The translations under genes and the position numbers were made by a program. A model generated the notes under the pieces. It made no database searches and was not told the origin of the DNA. It was given only the letters and a program-made list of their open reading frames with translations. A stretch of DNA of 64,000 bases from contig OZ220733.1 in NCBI GenBank assembly GCA_965116875.1, forward strand, positions 4,480,001 to 4,544,000, given 5' to 3'. Shown one piece after another: positions 9,360 to 18,434 of this stretch (position 1 is the first letter of the stretch; each line of letters opens with the position of its first letter). This DNA is from Candidatus Latescibacterota bacterium (GTDB lineage: Bacteria > Latescibacterota > UBA2968 > GCA-2709665).

Positions 9360-10580
9360 ATGGACCGGCTTCTGCTGCTTATTCCAACATCAAGCTACCG
9401 TACTCACGATTTCATGGCCGCGGCGGCTTCACTGGACGTCGCCGTTGTCGTGGGTTCAGACCGCCGCCAGGCGCTTGCGAACCAGACGCCCGGAAGAACG
9501 CTCGCTCTGGACTTCGGCAGGCCGGCAGCCTCGGTCCGCAAGATCGTCTCCTATTCGAAGGAATATCCGGTCCGGGCGGTGGTGGGCGTAGACGACGAGA
9601 CCGTGGTACTCGCCGCGATGGCCTGTGAGGCGCTCGGACTTCCACACAATCCGGTGTCGTCCGTCCGGGCGTCGCGGTACAAACACGTGATGCGCCGGAT
9701 GCTTGCCGGGAAAGGCCTGCCCTCGCCGGGGTTCAGGCTTTTTTCAATTCGGGACGAACCCGAGGAAGCCGCCGCGACGGTCAATTATCCGTGCGTATTG
9801 AAGCCTGTTTCTCTCTCCGGGAGCCGCGGTGTGATTCGGGCGGATCACAAAGCGGATTTCGTGATTGCTTTCGATCGGATTCTGGGATTGATATCGGAGT
9901 CCGAAGATGACTCGCCGGCAGCTGTTCTTGTGGAGGACTACATTCCCGGCCGGGAGGTCGCGCTGGAGGGACTGCTTGTCGACGGTGAACTCCATACCCT
10001 CGCTTTGTTCGATAAACCGGACCCGCTTTGCGGCCCGTATTTCGCCGAGACGCTGTACATTACGCCATCCCGGCTTTCAGAACGCGTCCAGGCGCGGATT
10101 CAAGACACGGCGCAACGGGCCGCACGGGCCATCGGATTGACCGTGGGGCCTGTACACGCGGAACTTCGGCTGAACGGGCGAGGCATCCACGTGGTGGAAA
10201 TCGCGGCGCGGTCCATCGGCGGGCTGTGTTCGCGGGTATTGAGATTTGGCGCGGGGGTGTCGCTGGAAGAACTGATTCTGCGCCAGGCAACGGGTCGCGC
10301 TCCGGGCGATTTACGCCGGGAAGATACCGCGGCAGGGGTAATGATGCTGCCGGTGCCGAAGCCGGGAAGGCTACGGATCGTGCGCGGGACGGAGGGTGCG
10401 CGGAGGGTGCCGGGAATTCTGGACGTTGCGATAACCGTTCCAGAAGGGCAGCCCGTTCAGCCGCTGCCCGAGGGTGACCGGTATCTGGGGTTCATCTTCG
10501 CGCGCGGGAGAACGCCCGAGGAGGTGGAAACGGCGCTAAGAGATGCCAATGGCCTGCTGGACGTCGAGATCGACCGCTGA
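9360..10580 (+). CDS. ATP-grasp ligase (L-amino-acid-ligase-like)
   Basis: PCVLKPVSLSGSRGV, LVEDYIPGREV, HAELRL, VEIAARSIGG, plus a C-terminal YLGFIFARG domain. Confidence 0.85.
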   Translation: MDRLLLLIPTSSYRTHDFMAAAASLDVAVVVGSDRRQALANQTPGRTLALDFGRPAASVRKIVSYSKEYPVRAVVGVDDETVVLAAMACEALGLPHNPVSSVRASRYKHVMRRMLAGKGLPSPGFRLFSIRDEPEEAAATVNYPCVLKPVSLSGSRGVIRADHKADFVIAFDRILGLISESEDDSPAAVLVEDYIPGREVALEGLLVDGELHTLALFDKPDPLCGPYFAETLYITPSRLSERVQARIQDTAQRAARAIGLTVGPVHAELRLNGRGIHVVEIAARSIGGLCSRVLRFGAGVSLEELILRQATGRAPGDLRREDTAAGVMMLPVPKPGRLRIVRGTEGARRVPGILDVAITVPEGQPVQPLPEGDRYLGFIFARGRTPEEVETALRDANGLLDVEIDR

Positions 10581-10648
10581 ATGGCCGTGAACAAGCCGGT
10601 TGGACGGGGATCAATAACACCGGGTCTTTCTCTATCGGGTACTTCAGG

Positions 10649-12076
10649 TCAGACAAGAGCGAACTGCTCTTCGGTCGGCTCCGCTCAGCAGTACCAGGGT
10701 TCTGTGAGGCGGGGAAGCGACCGGCGGGTCGGGTCCGCATCGAATTCCGCCGCCGGGGCCGGGTGGCCCACGGCCCCATGCACATGCGACCGGATCCTGT
10801 GGAAGATCTCTTGCCGGATGGCGTCCCCGTTCTGAAGCCGTGTGACCAGTATGGTCAGTTCACTCTGGAGCCGGTCCAGACGAATATCGGGATGCGCCCA
10901 TGGGTGCGACAGTGCTTCCGGTTCGAACGGACCCACCAGGTTGCGGACCCCGGCAAGATCCAGCAACTTCGATCCCCCGGGGATAAGCAGCCGGATGGTG
11001 AGCTGAACGGGAGAGACATGCTCGATCAGGTCGAGGTCGGCGAGCGTATCCAGAAAGCGGGCGTACCCCTCCAGGGTGATCCAGGGCGTGAACGGGATAA
11101 ACGTCGGATTCATCACAAGCCCGTGTTCCTTGAAGAGGTCCACGACGTCGAAAAAGTCCTCGACCGTATGACCCTTGTCCAGCAGTGCGAGAACAGGGTT
11201 GTCAAGGGATTCGACGGCGGTCGTGACGAGTGCACACCCGGTTTCTCTGAGACGGGGCAGATAGCGGCGGTATTTCAGGAGATGTTCGATCTTTATGGTG
11301 ACGTCGTAGGTGAGGTCGGGAAATCTCCCATGAAGCGATTCGACGAGCGGCAGGGCGTGGCCGATGCCATTGAAGAAGTCCGGATCGCCAAACGTGATAT
11401 GGCCCGCTCCCGCGGCTACCTGTTGGGCGACGTCGTCCAGTACGACTTCGGGTTGCACGACCCGGAACCTGCCGCCGTACACAGGCACCACGGGACAGTG
11501 GCGGCACAGATGTTTGCAGCCGCGGCTTGCCTCTGTATAGCCGACGGTTTTCAGATGCCCGTCACCGGTTGAAAGTTTCGCGTAGCGCGACAGGTCAGGA
11601 AGGCCGGCACGGTCGGGTGGAAGAAAACGCTGTCTCGCGAGGGAAACGACGGTTTCTTCCTGGTCTCCGTTGGCTACTGAAGTCCCCCGCAGGCGATTGC
11701 ACAGTTGAAGCAGGCCGCTTTCGAATTCACCACCGAGAATGGTCTGTGCGCCCAGGCTCCTCAGGAACGATTCGTTAACCGAAGCGTAGAGACCATAAAA
11801 GCAGAGGTGCGCGTTGGCATTCAGCTTCCGCGCCCGCGAGGCAAGTGGTACGGCAAGGCGCGTCGCGGTATGCATCGGCACGTAGAATGCCACCAGATCG
11901 GCGTCTCGGACTTCATTGCCGGGAAAGTCTTCTATCGAAACGTCGGCCTGGACCACGTGGATGCCCGCCCTCCGCAACCACGCAGCCGGTGAGGCGAGGC
12001 CGAATGGCTGTCGGCCCAGTTCGTAGGCGGACACGAGTACGGCTTTGAAGGGGCGCGATGGGTTCATGATCGTCAA
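10649..12076 (-). CDS. CUAEP-tail radical SAM selenoprotein (N-terminal B12-binding-like domain); Sec encoded by TGA at 10685-10687
   Basis: CxxxCxxC (CKHLCRHC). Reading through the TGA gives PWYC-U-AEPTEEQFALV*, matching the CUAEP/CCAEP tail, and a SECIS-like hairpin follows. Start is 12076 or 12067. Confidence 0.88.
10652..10676 (-). promoter_or_regulatory. Putative bacterial SECIS element
   Basis: GAC-CG-AAGAGC[AGTTC]GCTCTT-GTC; the apical loop starts 19 nt after UGA with G at loop position 2. Confidence 0.7.
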
Positions 12077-12088
12077 TGGTCGTTCGAC

Positions 12089-12133
12089 AAAAAAACGGCA
12101 GACAACGGGGAGGCCCCGTGAAGTCTGCCGTTT
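12089..12133 (-). terminator. Intrinsic terminator-like hairpin between nfuA and the radical SAM gene
   Basis: Minus strand AAACGGCAGAC...GTCTGCCGTTT with inner stem ACGGGG/CCCCGT and a T7 run. Confidence 0.65.
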
Positions 12134-12147
12134 GTCGCAGGCGTTCG

Positions 12148-12732
12148 CTATTTTGAGGTCTGGTAGTAGGGGTTCGTACCGTCCGCGTGTTCGGTCACGT
12201 CGAGGATTTCTTCAATTTCCGGCACAGCCTCCTTGATGAGCACTTCAACCCCCTGCTTGAGCGTGACATCCACCATTCCACAACCCTGACATCCACCGCC
12301 GAACTGGACGTATGCCTTGTTGTCCTTTACGTCGACCAGTGAGATTTGGCCGCCGTGCATGGCCACGCTGGGGTTGATCTTTTCGTCGATGATGTTCTGG
12401 ATCTTTTCGGCGGCCGTGCCCTTCAGATGCGACGGCACCTTGTTGGGATTCTCGATTTTGAAACCTCTGCCCATCAGGCTGTCCACGAAGTCCAGCGTAA
12501 TGTCCTCGGCGTAGGGAGCGCTTTCCGGATCTACGTAGATATTGAACCCGTCGAACGGCGTGACGACGTCATCGTCCTCCTCCTGTCCGCGGGCAACGAA
12601 TGCCAGACGGTAATTGGCCTGCAGCGGCGATACCGCCTCGGCCTTGACTCGAACGCCAACAATGTCAGACTCCTGGCTACCGATCAGGTTGACGACTTCC
12701 CTCTGCGCGGCTTCGGTAACGGTGATATTCAT
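12148..12732 (-). CDS. nfuA: NfuA Fe-S carrier (degenerate A-type domain plus NifU C-terminal domain)
   Basis: ITVTEAA N-terminus, GFKIENPN, INPSVAMHGG, GGGCQGCG (CxxC), DVTEHADGTNPYY. Confidence 0.9.
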   Translation of the reverse strand: MNITVTEAAQREVVNLIGSQESDIVGVRVKAEAVSPLQANYRLAFVARGQEEDDDVVTPFDGFNIYVDPESAPYAEDITLDFVDSLMGRGFKIENPNKVPSHLKGTAAEKIQNIIDEKINPSVAMHGGQISLVDVKDNKAYVQFGGGCQGCGMVDVTLKQGVEVLIKEAVPEIEEILDVTEHADGTNPYYQTSK

Positions 12733-12772
12733 ATCGACCTTCCCCCTGGAAAATTTGGCGGTACCCGTACGG

Positions 12773-13267
12773 TCAGGATTCAAGCGCCACGGCTGATCTT
12801 GCGGGTTGTTCCCGGTCTATCTTTTCCTGGATCTTCATCAGCGCGGACAACAGATCTTCGGGTCGGGGCGGACAGCCGGGCACGTAGACGTCGACCGGCA
12901 GGAACTGGTCCACACCCTGTACCAGCGTATAGGTATTGAAGACGCCTCCCGAGGACGCGCACGCGCCCATGGAAATCACCCACTTCGGATCCGGCATCTG
13001 GTCGTAGATCTTTTTCAACACCGGCATCATTTTGATGGATATCCTGCCGGATACGATGAGCAGGTCGGACTGACGGGGCGAGAACCGCACGGCTTCGGCG
13101 CCGAACCGGGCCATGTCGAAGCGTCCGGAGAGCGTGGCCATCATTTCGATGGCGCAGCAGGCCGTGCCGAACGGCATTGGCCAGAGAGAAGACTTGCGCG
13201 CCCAGTTGATCATCCTGGAAAGATTGGTCGTAATCACGTTGTCGCCAAGGCCCGTCTCAAGTCCCAT
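12773..13267 (-). CDS. nuoB: Orphan NADH-quinone oxidoreductase subunit B paralogue within the SUF cluster
   Basis: [33 protein letters not shown] and GCPPRPE; all four N2-cluster cysteines are present. Confidence 0.9.
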   Translation of the reverse strand: MGLETGLGDNVITTNLSRMINWARKSSLWPMPFGTACCAIEMMATLSGRFDMARFGAEAVRFSPRQSDLLIVSGRISIKMMPVLKKIYDQMPDPKWVISMGACASSGGVFNTYTLVQGVDQFLPVDVYVPGCPPRPEDLLSALMKIQEKIDREQPARSAVALES

Positions 13268-13353
13268 TGAATACCTCTGAAGGAATGTTTGGTGTCGTCA
13301 CATGGATTGCGACGGCGGGGGTGGCCCTGCGGCGCATCCTGTTGGGCGGGCAG

Positions 13354-13833
13354 CTAACCGGATACCTGAATCAACTCTTCGGTTACGTTCTGCAGACATA
13401 CGTCCATGGCCTGTTCTTCACCCAGCAGATCCTCGAGTGTGACGCGGCTGAGGAGCTGATCGATCACAGACTGCACCGAGCTCCACAGCGACCGGATGGA
13501 ACAGTCGACGGAGTGCGTGCACAGCCCATCTCGGCCGGCATGGTCGTCGCAGAATTCAGGATTGAACATCCGCCCGCCCAGGGCGGCCAGCACGTCTCCC
13601 ACGACGATCATATCGGCCGATTGCGCAAGCCGGTATCCTCCGGACTGACCACGCGAACTAGCGACAAAACCTCTCAGCCGAAGAAGACGCATCAGCTTTG
13701 CGACATTCGGGACCGAAAGGCCTTCAAGCTGACTGATTTCAGAGATGGAAAGGCCGCCGCCGGTTTCTCTTTGCCGTCTGCCGATCTGGATCAGGCATCT
13801 AAGCCCGTATTCTTCACCTGCGCTCAATTTCAT
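13354..13833 (-). CDS. Rrf2-family (IscR-like) transcriptional regulator
   Basis: EYGLRCL, winged HTH with SRGQSGGYRLA, three cysteines (C-x9-C-x5-C). Confidence 0.9.
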   Translation of the reverse strand: MKLSAGEEYGLRCLIQIGRRQRETGGGLSISEISQLEGLSVPNVAKLMRLLRLRGFVASSRGQSGGYRLAQSADMIVVGDVLAALGGRMFNPEFCDDHAGRDGLCTHSVDCSIRSLWSSVQSVIDQLLSRVTLEDLLGEEQAMDVCLQNVTEELIQVSG

Positions 13834-13922
13834 GAGAACGGTCGCATTTCTTGTCGGGATGGAGCCTGACTCGTGCCGTCAGTCGGGCTCACGCCGTGCG
13901 AATGGACCCTTGCAACGGACGG

Positions 13923-14426
13923 CTAGAGCAGCCCGAGTTCGAGCCTGGCGGCTTCGGACATCATTTCCGGTTTCCACGGCGGGTCGAAGGTCAGGTCCAG
14001 GACGACGTCGCGTACACCGGCAACCGACCGGGTGGCGCTCTCTACCTGGCCGGGGAGGATTCCCGCGGCCGGACAGGCGGGGGAGGTGAGGGTCATCCGG
14101 ACGTGGGTCATCCCCGTGGGTTCTACTTTGATATCGTATATGAGGCCGATATCGTAAATATTGACAGGAATCTCCGGGTCGAAGACCGTACGGTGGGCCG
14201 CGATGATGTTTTCCTTGACGGCTTCGGTGTCTATTGGGCCGCTGGATTCAACCGCGTCGGCCGCCGCATGCCGTTCTTCCGCCCGTTCCGCGGCGTGCGC
14301 TTCCAATGCGCTTGTATCCACCGGATTCGCATCTTCCTTCTCGCCGGCATTCGGTACGCCTTCCTGAGCCACGATCTCGTCTTCTTTGTCGGTCCTGTAC
14401 AGACGGTTCAGCAATCGGTCGAGCAA
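13923..14426 (-). CDS. sufT: SufT/DUF59 Fe-S assembly protein
   Basis: VFDPEIPVNIYDIGLIY, MTLTSPACP, FDPPW...MSEAARLELG. Confidence 0.88.
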   Translation of the reverse strand: MLDRLLNRLYRTDKEDEIVAQEGVPNAGEKEDANPVDTSALEAHAAERAEERHAAADAVESSGPIDTEAVKENIIAAHRTVFDPEIPVNIYDIGLIYDIKVEPTGMTHVRMTLTSPACPAAGILPGQVESATRSVAGVRDVVLDLTFDPPWKPEMMSEAARLELGLL

Positions 14427-14449
14427 AGCGGATTCCTCCTGGTCTTCAA

Positions 14450-14902
14450 TTACTCGGTGGTCACCGGCTGACTGCTGTTTTCAAGTGCAGCCACAAGGGT
14501 GTGCCACGGGAGCGTTGCGCATTTGATGCGCACGGGAAATTCGCGCACGCCGGTAAAGACCGCCAGTTTACCCATCCCGTCCGCATTGGGCGGAGATGAA
14601 ACGTCGCTCGTCACCAGGTCACGGAACTTTCCGAAGAGCGACTCTGCTTCCGCCAATGTCCGGCCCTTGACTGCATCGGTCATCAGGGAAGCAGACGCTT
14701 TCGAAATGGCGCATCCCGAGCCGTGAAAGGCGATGTCCTCGATCCGGTCGCCACTCAGTTTGATATAGAGATTCAGGTGATCGCCGCACAGCGGATTGTG
14801 ACCTTCGGACGTGCGGTCCGGATCGACTATGGCCCGGAAGTTCCGCGGACTCTTGTTGTGGTCCAGGATGACCTGCTGGTATAGTTCCCTGAGATCGGAC
14901 AT
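14450..14902 (-). CDS. sufU: SufU (NifU-like) sulfur-transfer protein
   Basis: LYQQVILDH, NPLCGD, GCAISKASAS, RIKCATLPW. Confidence 0.95.
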   Translation of the reverse strand: MSDLRELYQQVILDHNKSPRNFRAIVDPDRTSEGHNPLCGDHLNLYIKLSGDRIEDIAFHGSGCAISKASASLMTDAVKGRTLAEAESLFGKFRDLVTSDVSSPPNADGMGKLAVFTGVREFPVRIKCATLPWHTLVAALENSSQPVTTE

Positions 14903-16182
14903 CAGTTGAAGACCTCATGGGCCGTCTGCAGCGCATGAACGAACGTATCGATGTCTTCCCGCGTATTGTAGAACGCGGTGGCGGCACGCGTTGTTGCGGG
15001 AATATTGAAGTGGCGCATGACGGGTTGGGCACAGTGGTGTCCGGCTCGGACCGCCACGCCCTGCTGATCGACAATAGTGCCCACGTCGTGCGGGTGCACG
15101 CCATCCATCACAAAGGAAATGACGCTGACCTTTTTTCTCGCGGTACCAATGATTCTCAAACCCGAAACCTCGGAAAGGGCGTCCGTTGCGTAGGAAAACA
15201 GCTCATTCTCGTACGCGGCGGCGGCTTCCAGGTCGATCCGGTTCAAATAGTCGATGGCGGCGCCCAGACCGATACAGCCGGCAATATGGGGCGTGCCCGC
15301 TTCGAAACGGGCCGGTGGATCGGCATATGTCGATTTTTCGAGCGAGACGTGTCGAATCATGCCGCCTCCTCCCCTGTATGGCGGCATCGAATCCAGCAGT
15401 TCGCTTCTTCCGTAGAGTACTCCTATGCCGGTGGGACCGTATAGCTTGTGCCCCGAAAAAGCGTAGAAGTCGCACCCTAACGACTGAACGTCCACCTTGA
15501 AATGGGGGACTGCCTGTGCGCCGTCCAGCAGTACGGGGATACCGCGTTCGCGCGCCGCTTCCGTGATTGAAGCAACCGGATTGAGGGTGCCCAGGACATT
15601 CGACACGTGTACGACGGATACAAGTCTGGTACGTTCGGTAAGCAATGGCTCGAGCCTGTCGATCTGAAGCTCGCCGCTGTCGTTTATGGGGATAACACGG
15701 AGTTTCGCACCTTTTTCCTCACAGAGCATCTGCCAGGGAACGATATTCGAATGGTGCTCCATTGCGGTAACGAGGATTTCGTCGCCGGCGCCGACGGTCT
15801 TTCTTCCGAACGTCTGGGCGACGAGATTGATGCTGTCCGTGGTTCCGCTGGTAAAGATGATTTCCCGGTCGTGTGCCGCGTTCAGGAAGTGGCGGACCTT
15901 GTCTCTCGCACTCTCGTAGGAATCCGTTGCGATCTGGCTGAGATGATGGACGCCGCGGTGCACGTTCGCATTCGCCGCTTCGTAGAAGACTTCGAGGACG
16001 TCAAGTACATCTCTGGGCTTCTGGGTTGTGGCGGCGTTGTCCAGGTAGACCAGCGGCTTGCCCCGGACGAATTGGTCCAGAACCGGAAAATCACGCCGGA
16101 TACGGTAGGGATCGAAGGGCCCCGCGCGTTCGATGAGCGGGCAGGAGAGCCGTTCGGCCAGGGCATGGGCGGTAGAGCTCAT
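14902..16182 (-). CDS. sufS: SufS cysteine desulfurase/selenocysteine lyase
   Basis: YLDNAATTQKP, HHSNIVPW, SGHK, RAGHHCAQP. Confidence 0.96.
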   Translation of the reverse strand: MSSTAHALAERLSCPLIERAGPFDPYRIRRDFPVLDQFVRGKPLVYLDNAATTQKPRDVLDVLEVFYEAANANVHRGVHHLSQIATDSYESARDKVRHFLNAAHDREIIFTSGTTDSINLVAQTFGRKTVGAGDEILVTAMEHHSNIVPWQMLCEEKGAKLRVIPINDSGELQIDRLEPLLTERTRLVSVVHVSNVLGTLNPVASITEAARERGIPVLLDGAQAVPHFKVDVQSLGCDFYAFSGHKLYGPTGIGVLYGRSELLDSMPPYRGGGGMIRHVSLEKSTYADPPARFEAGTPHIAGCIGLGAAIDYLNRIDLEAAAAYENELFSYATDALSEVSGLRIIGTARKKVSVISFVMDGVHPHDVGTIVDQQGVAVRAGHHCAQPVMRHFNIPATTRAATAFYNTREDIDTFVHALQTAHEVFN

Positions 16183-17504
16183 GGCGCGTTTCCTGCCTCC
16201 CGCGCCTGTTCGAATTTTTCCATGACAACTCGTTCCAGGTAGTTTCTGACGGATTCGGGCTTGATTCTGTTCAGGATGTCGACCGCGAACGCGTGTACCA
16301 GAATACGCTGGGCGGTCACGTGACGCAAACCTCTGGAGCGCAGGTAGAAGACCGCGGCCTCATCGAGCTGACCGATCGTGGCGCCATGGGAGCACTTGAC
16401 CTGATCGGCATAGATTTCGAGTTGCGGCTTGGTATTGATGTCGGCGCCTTCCGAGATGAGCAGGCTCTGGTTGCTCTGGTACGCGTCGGTCTCCTGAGCT
16501 TTCTGGTGTACGTGTATCTTGCCCCGAAACACGCCGCTGGATCGGCCACCGAGTATCCCCTTGTAAAGTTCGTGGCTATTGCAATTCGGCTCGGCATGTT
16601 CGATCAGGGTATGGTTGTCGATATGCTGCTCGCAGTCGGTCAGATAGAAGCCGTTGACCGTGGCTTCGCCGGCTTCACCGGCCAGCAGCGCGTTGACTTC
16701 GTTGCGCACCAGTTTGCCGCCGATAGAGATGGCGTGGGTGGACAGATCGCTGCGGGCGCCCTGGCGGCTCTGCATCGTGGCGATGTGAAACGCCTCCGGA
16801 CTCTCGAGCTCCAGCTTGTAGTGATCCACCATCGCGCTGTCGTCGGCGATCACTTCGGTCACCGCGTTTGTGAAATAGGCCCCGTCTCCTGTGTAGGACT
16901 CGACAAGGGTAACCTGGCTGTTTTCTTCGGCCAATACAAGGGTACGGGGGTGTGAAATGGAAGGGACGTCTGAAGCGGTTGAGACGAAGACCACGTGAAT
17001 GGGCGTTTCGACAGCGGTGCCCCGAGGAACGTAAATAAAGGCGCCATCCTGCAGAAACGCCGTGTTGAGCGCGACGAATGCGTGCTCATCGAAAGCGGCG
17101 TGCCGTGCGATACTGCCTTCCACCCGGTCGGCCTCGGAGGCCTTCACTTCGGCAAGACTGCACGCCCGCACACCGTCCGGGAGGCCCTCCGTGCGGGAAT
17201 CTTCAGCGCTGTAGAAGCCATTCACGAAAACCAGGCGCGTTCCCGTCAATTCCTGAAACGCGGGTTCCGACTTCCAGGCCCGACGCGCATCCTCCGGCGT
17301 TGTCGGGCGAAACGGCGCACTGGCAAGCTGCGCGACACTGGTGTGAAACCATGCTTCGTCCCTTGAGCCCGGAAACCCGAGTTCCTCGAATCGGCCGATC
17401 GCAGCCCTGCGAAGCGCGTGCAGGGACGTAGCGGACCTTCCGTTCAGGCCCTCCTCAAACCTCGCAAATGCCGACAGATAAGCGTGCGTGCCTTCGTTCC
17501 CCAT
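16179..17504 (-). CDS. sufD: SufD
   Basis: FVALNTAF, KPQLEIYADQVKCSHGATIG, FYLRSRG. Confidence 0.95.
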   Translation of the reverse strand: MGNEGTHAYLSAFARFEEGLNGRSATSLHALRRAAIGRFEELGFPGSRDEAWFHTSVAQLASAPFRPTTPEDARRAWKSEPAFQELTGTRLVFVNGFYSAEDSRTEGLPDGVRACSLAEVKASEADRVEGSIARHAAFDEHAFVALNTAFLQDGAFIYVPRGTAVETPIHVVFVSTASDVPSISHPRTLVLAEENSQVTLVESYTGDGAYFTNAVTEVIADDSAMVDHYKLELESPEAFHIATMQSRQGARSDLSTHAISIGGKLVRNEVNALLAGEAGEATVNGFYLTDCEQHIDNHTLIEHAEPNCNSHELYKGILGGRSSGVFRGKIHVHQKAQETDAYQSNQSLLISEGADINTKPQLEIYADQVKCSHGATIGQLDEAAVFYLRSRGLRHVTAQRILVHAFAVDILNRIKPESVRNYLERVVMEKFEQAREAGNAP

Positions 17505-17534
17505 TTTGCGGCAACCTCCTTTATCTACGAACTG

Positions 17535-18308
17535 TCAGGCACGGGCGAATCGGGCCGTGGATGCCTCTCGAATCCAATCGTAGCCTTCAGCTTCCAGCTT
17601 TCGGGCGAGTTCCTTGCCGCCTGATTTGACAATCCGGCCCTCCAGAAGAACGTGTACGAAGTCCGGCACGATGTAGTTCAGCAGCCGCTGATAGTGAGTG
17701 ACCACGAGGACCGCGCTCCCGGGGTTCTTCCGGTGAAGCGCATTTACGCCGTCGGCCACGATTTTCAGGGCGTCGATATCCAACCCGGAGTCGGTTTCAT
17801 CCATGATGGCCAGCCTGGGTTCGAGCATGGCCATCTGGAAAATCTCGTTTCGCTTTTTCTCGCCGCCGGAGAAGCCCTCGTTGACCGCCCGGTTGAGAAA
17901 GGACTCGTCCATTTCCACGAGTTTGAGCTTTTCCCGGGAAACGGCGAGGAAATCCATTGCGTCGAGTTCATCCTGGCCGCGTGCCCGGCGTAACTCGTTG
18001 AGTGCCGTACGGAGAAAATAGGCGCTGTTGACCCCGGGAATCTCCACCGGATATTGAAAGGCCATGAATACGCCGGCCTGGGCGCGCTCTTCCGGATCCA
18101 GATCCAGAAGGTCTTCCCCTTCGTAGGCAACCTCGCCCCGGGTGACTTCATATTCTTCCCGCCCGGCCAACACCTGGGCAAGGGTACTCTTGCCTGACCC
18201 GTTGGGCCCCATAATGGCGTGGATTTCGCCGGCATTGATTTTCAGGTCGATTCCGGTAAGAATTCCTGTGCCGTCGACGCTTGCGTGGAGGTCTTTGATT
18301 TCAAGCAT
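17535..18308 (-). CDS. sufC: SufC ATPase
   Basis: GPNGSGKST, FQYPVEIPGV, FSGGEKKRNE, DETDSGLDID. Confidence 0.97.
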   Translation of the reverse strand: MLEIKDLHASVDGTGILTGIDLKINAGEIHAIMGPNGSGKSTLAQVLAGREEYEVTRGEVAYEGEDLLDLDPEERAQAGVFMAFQYPVEIPGVNSAYFLRTALNELRRARGQDELDAMDFLAVSREKLKLVEMDESFLNRAVNEGFSGGEKKRNEIFQMAMLEPRLAIMDETDSGLDIDALKIVADGVNALHRKNPGSAVLVVTHYQRLLNYIVPDFVHVLLEGRIVKSGGKELARKLEAEGYDWIREASTARFARA

Positions 18309-18434
18309 TCGCGTTCCTTTTGGAAAACTGTCCCAAGAAGCTGTGTTTGAATTCCAAGGTAACAGGGCACCTGTTCAGGCTGCCCGGAAAGCCCCGGATG
18401 TTTTGGAAGTTTCGCTGCCTGTCGCCTCTTGGCA

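Noticed and set aside
12773-13267. [NiFe]-hydrogenase small subunit
   Set aside because: It has the adjacent CC motif of NuoB rather than CxxC, no large subunit or hyp genes are nearby, and NuoD lacks Ni-binding cysteines.
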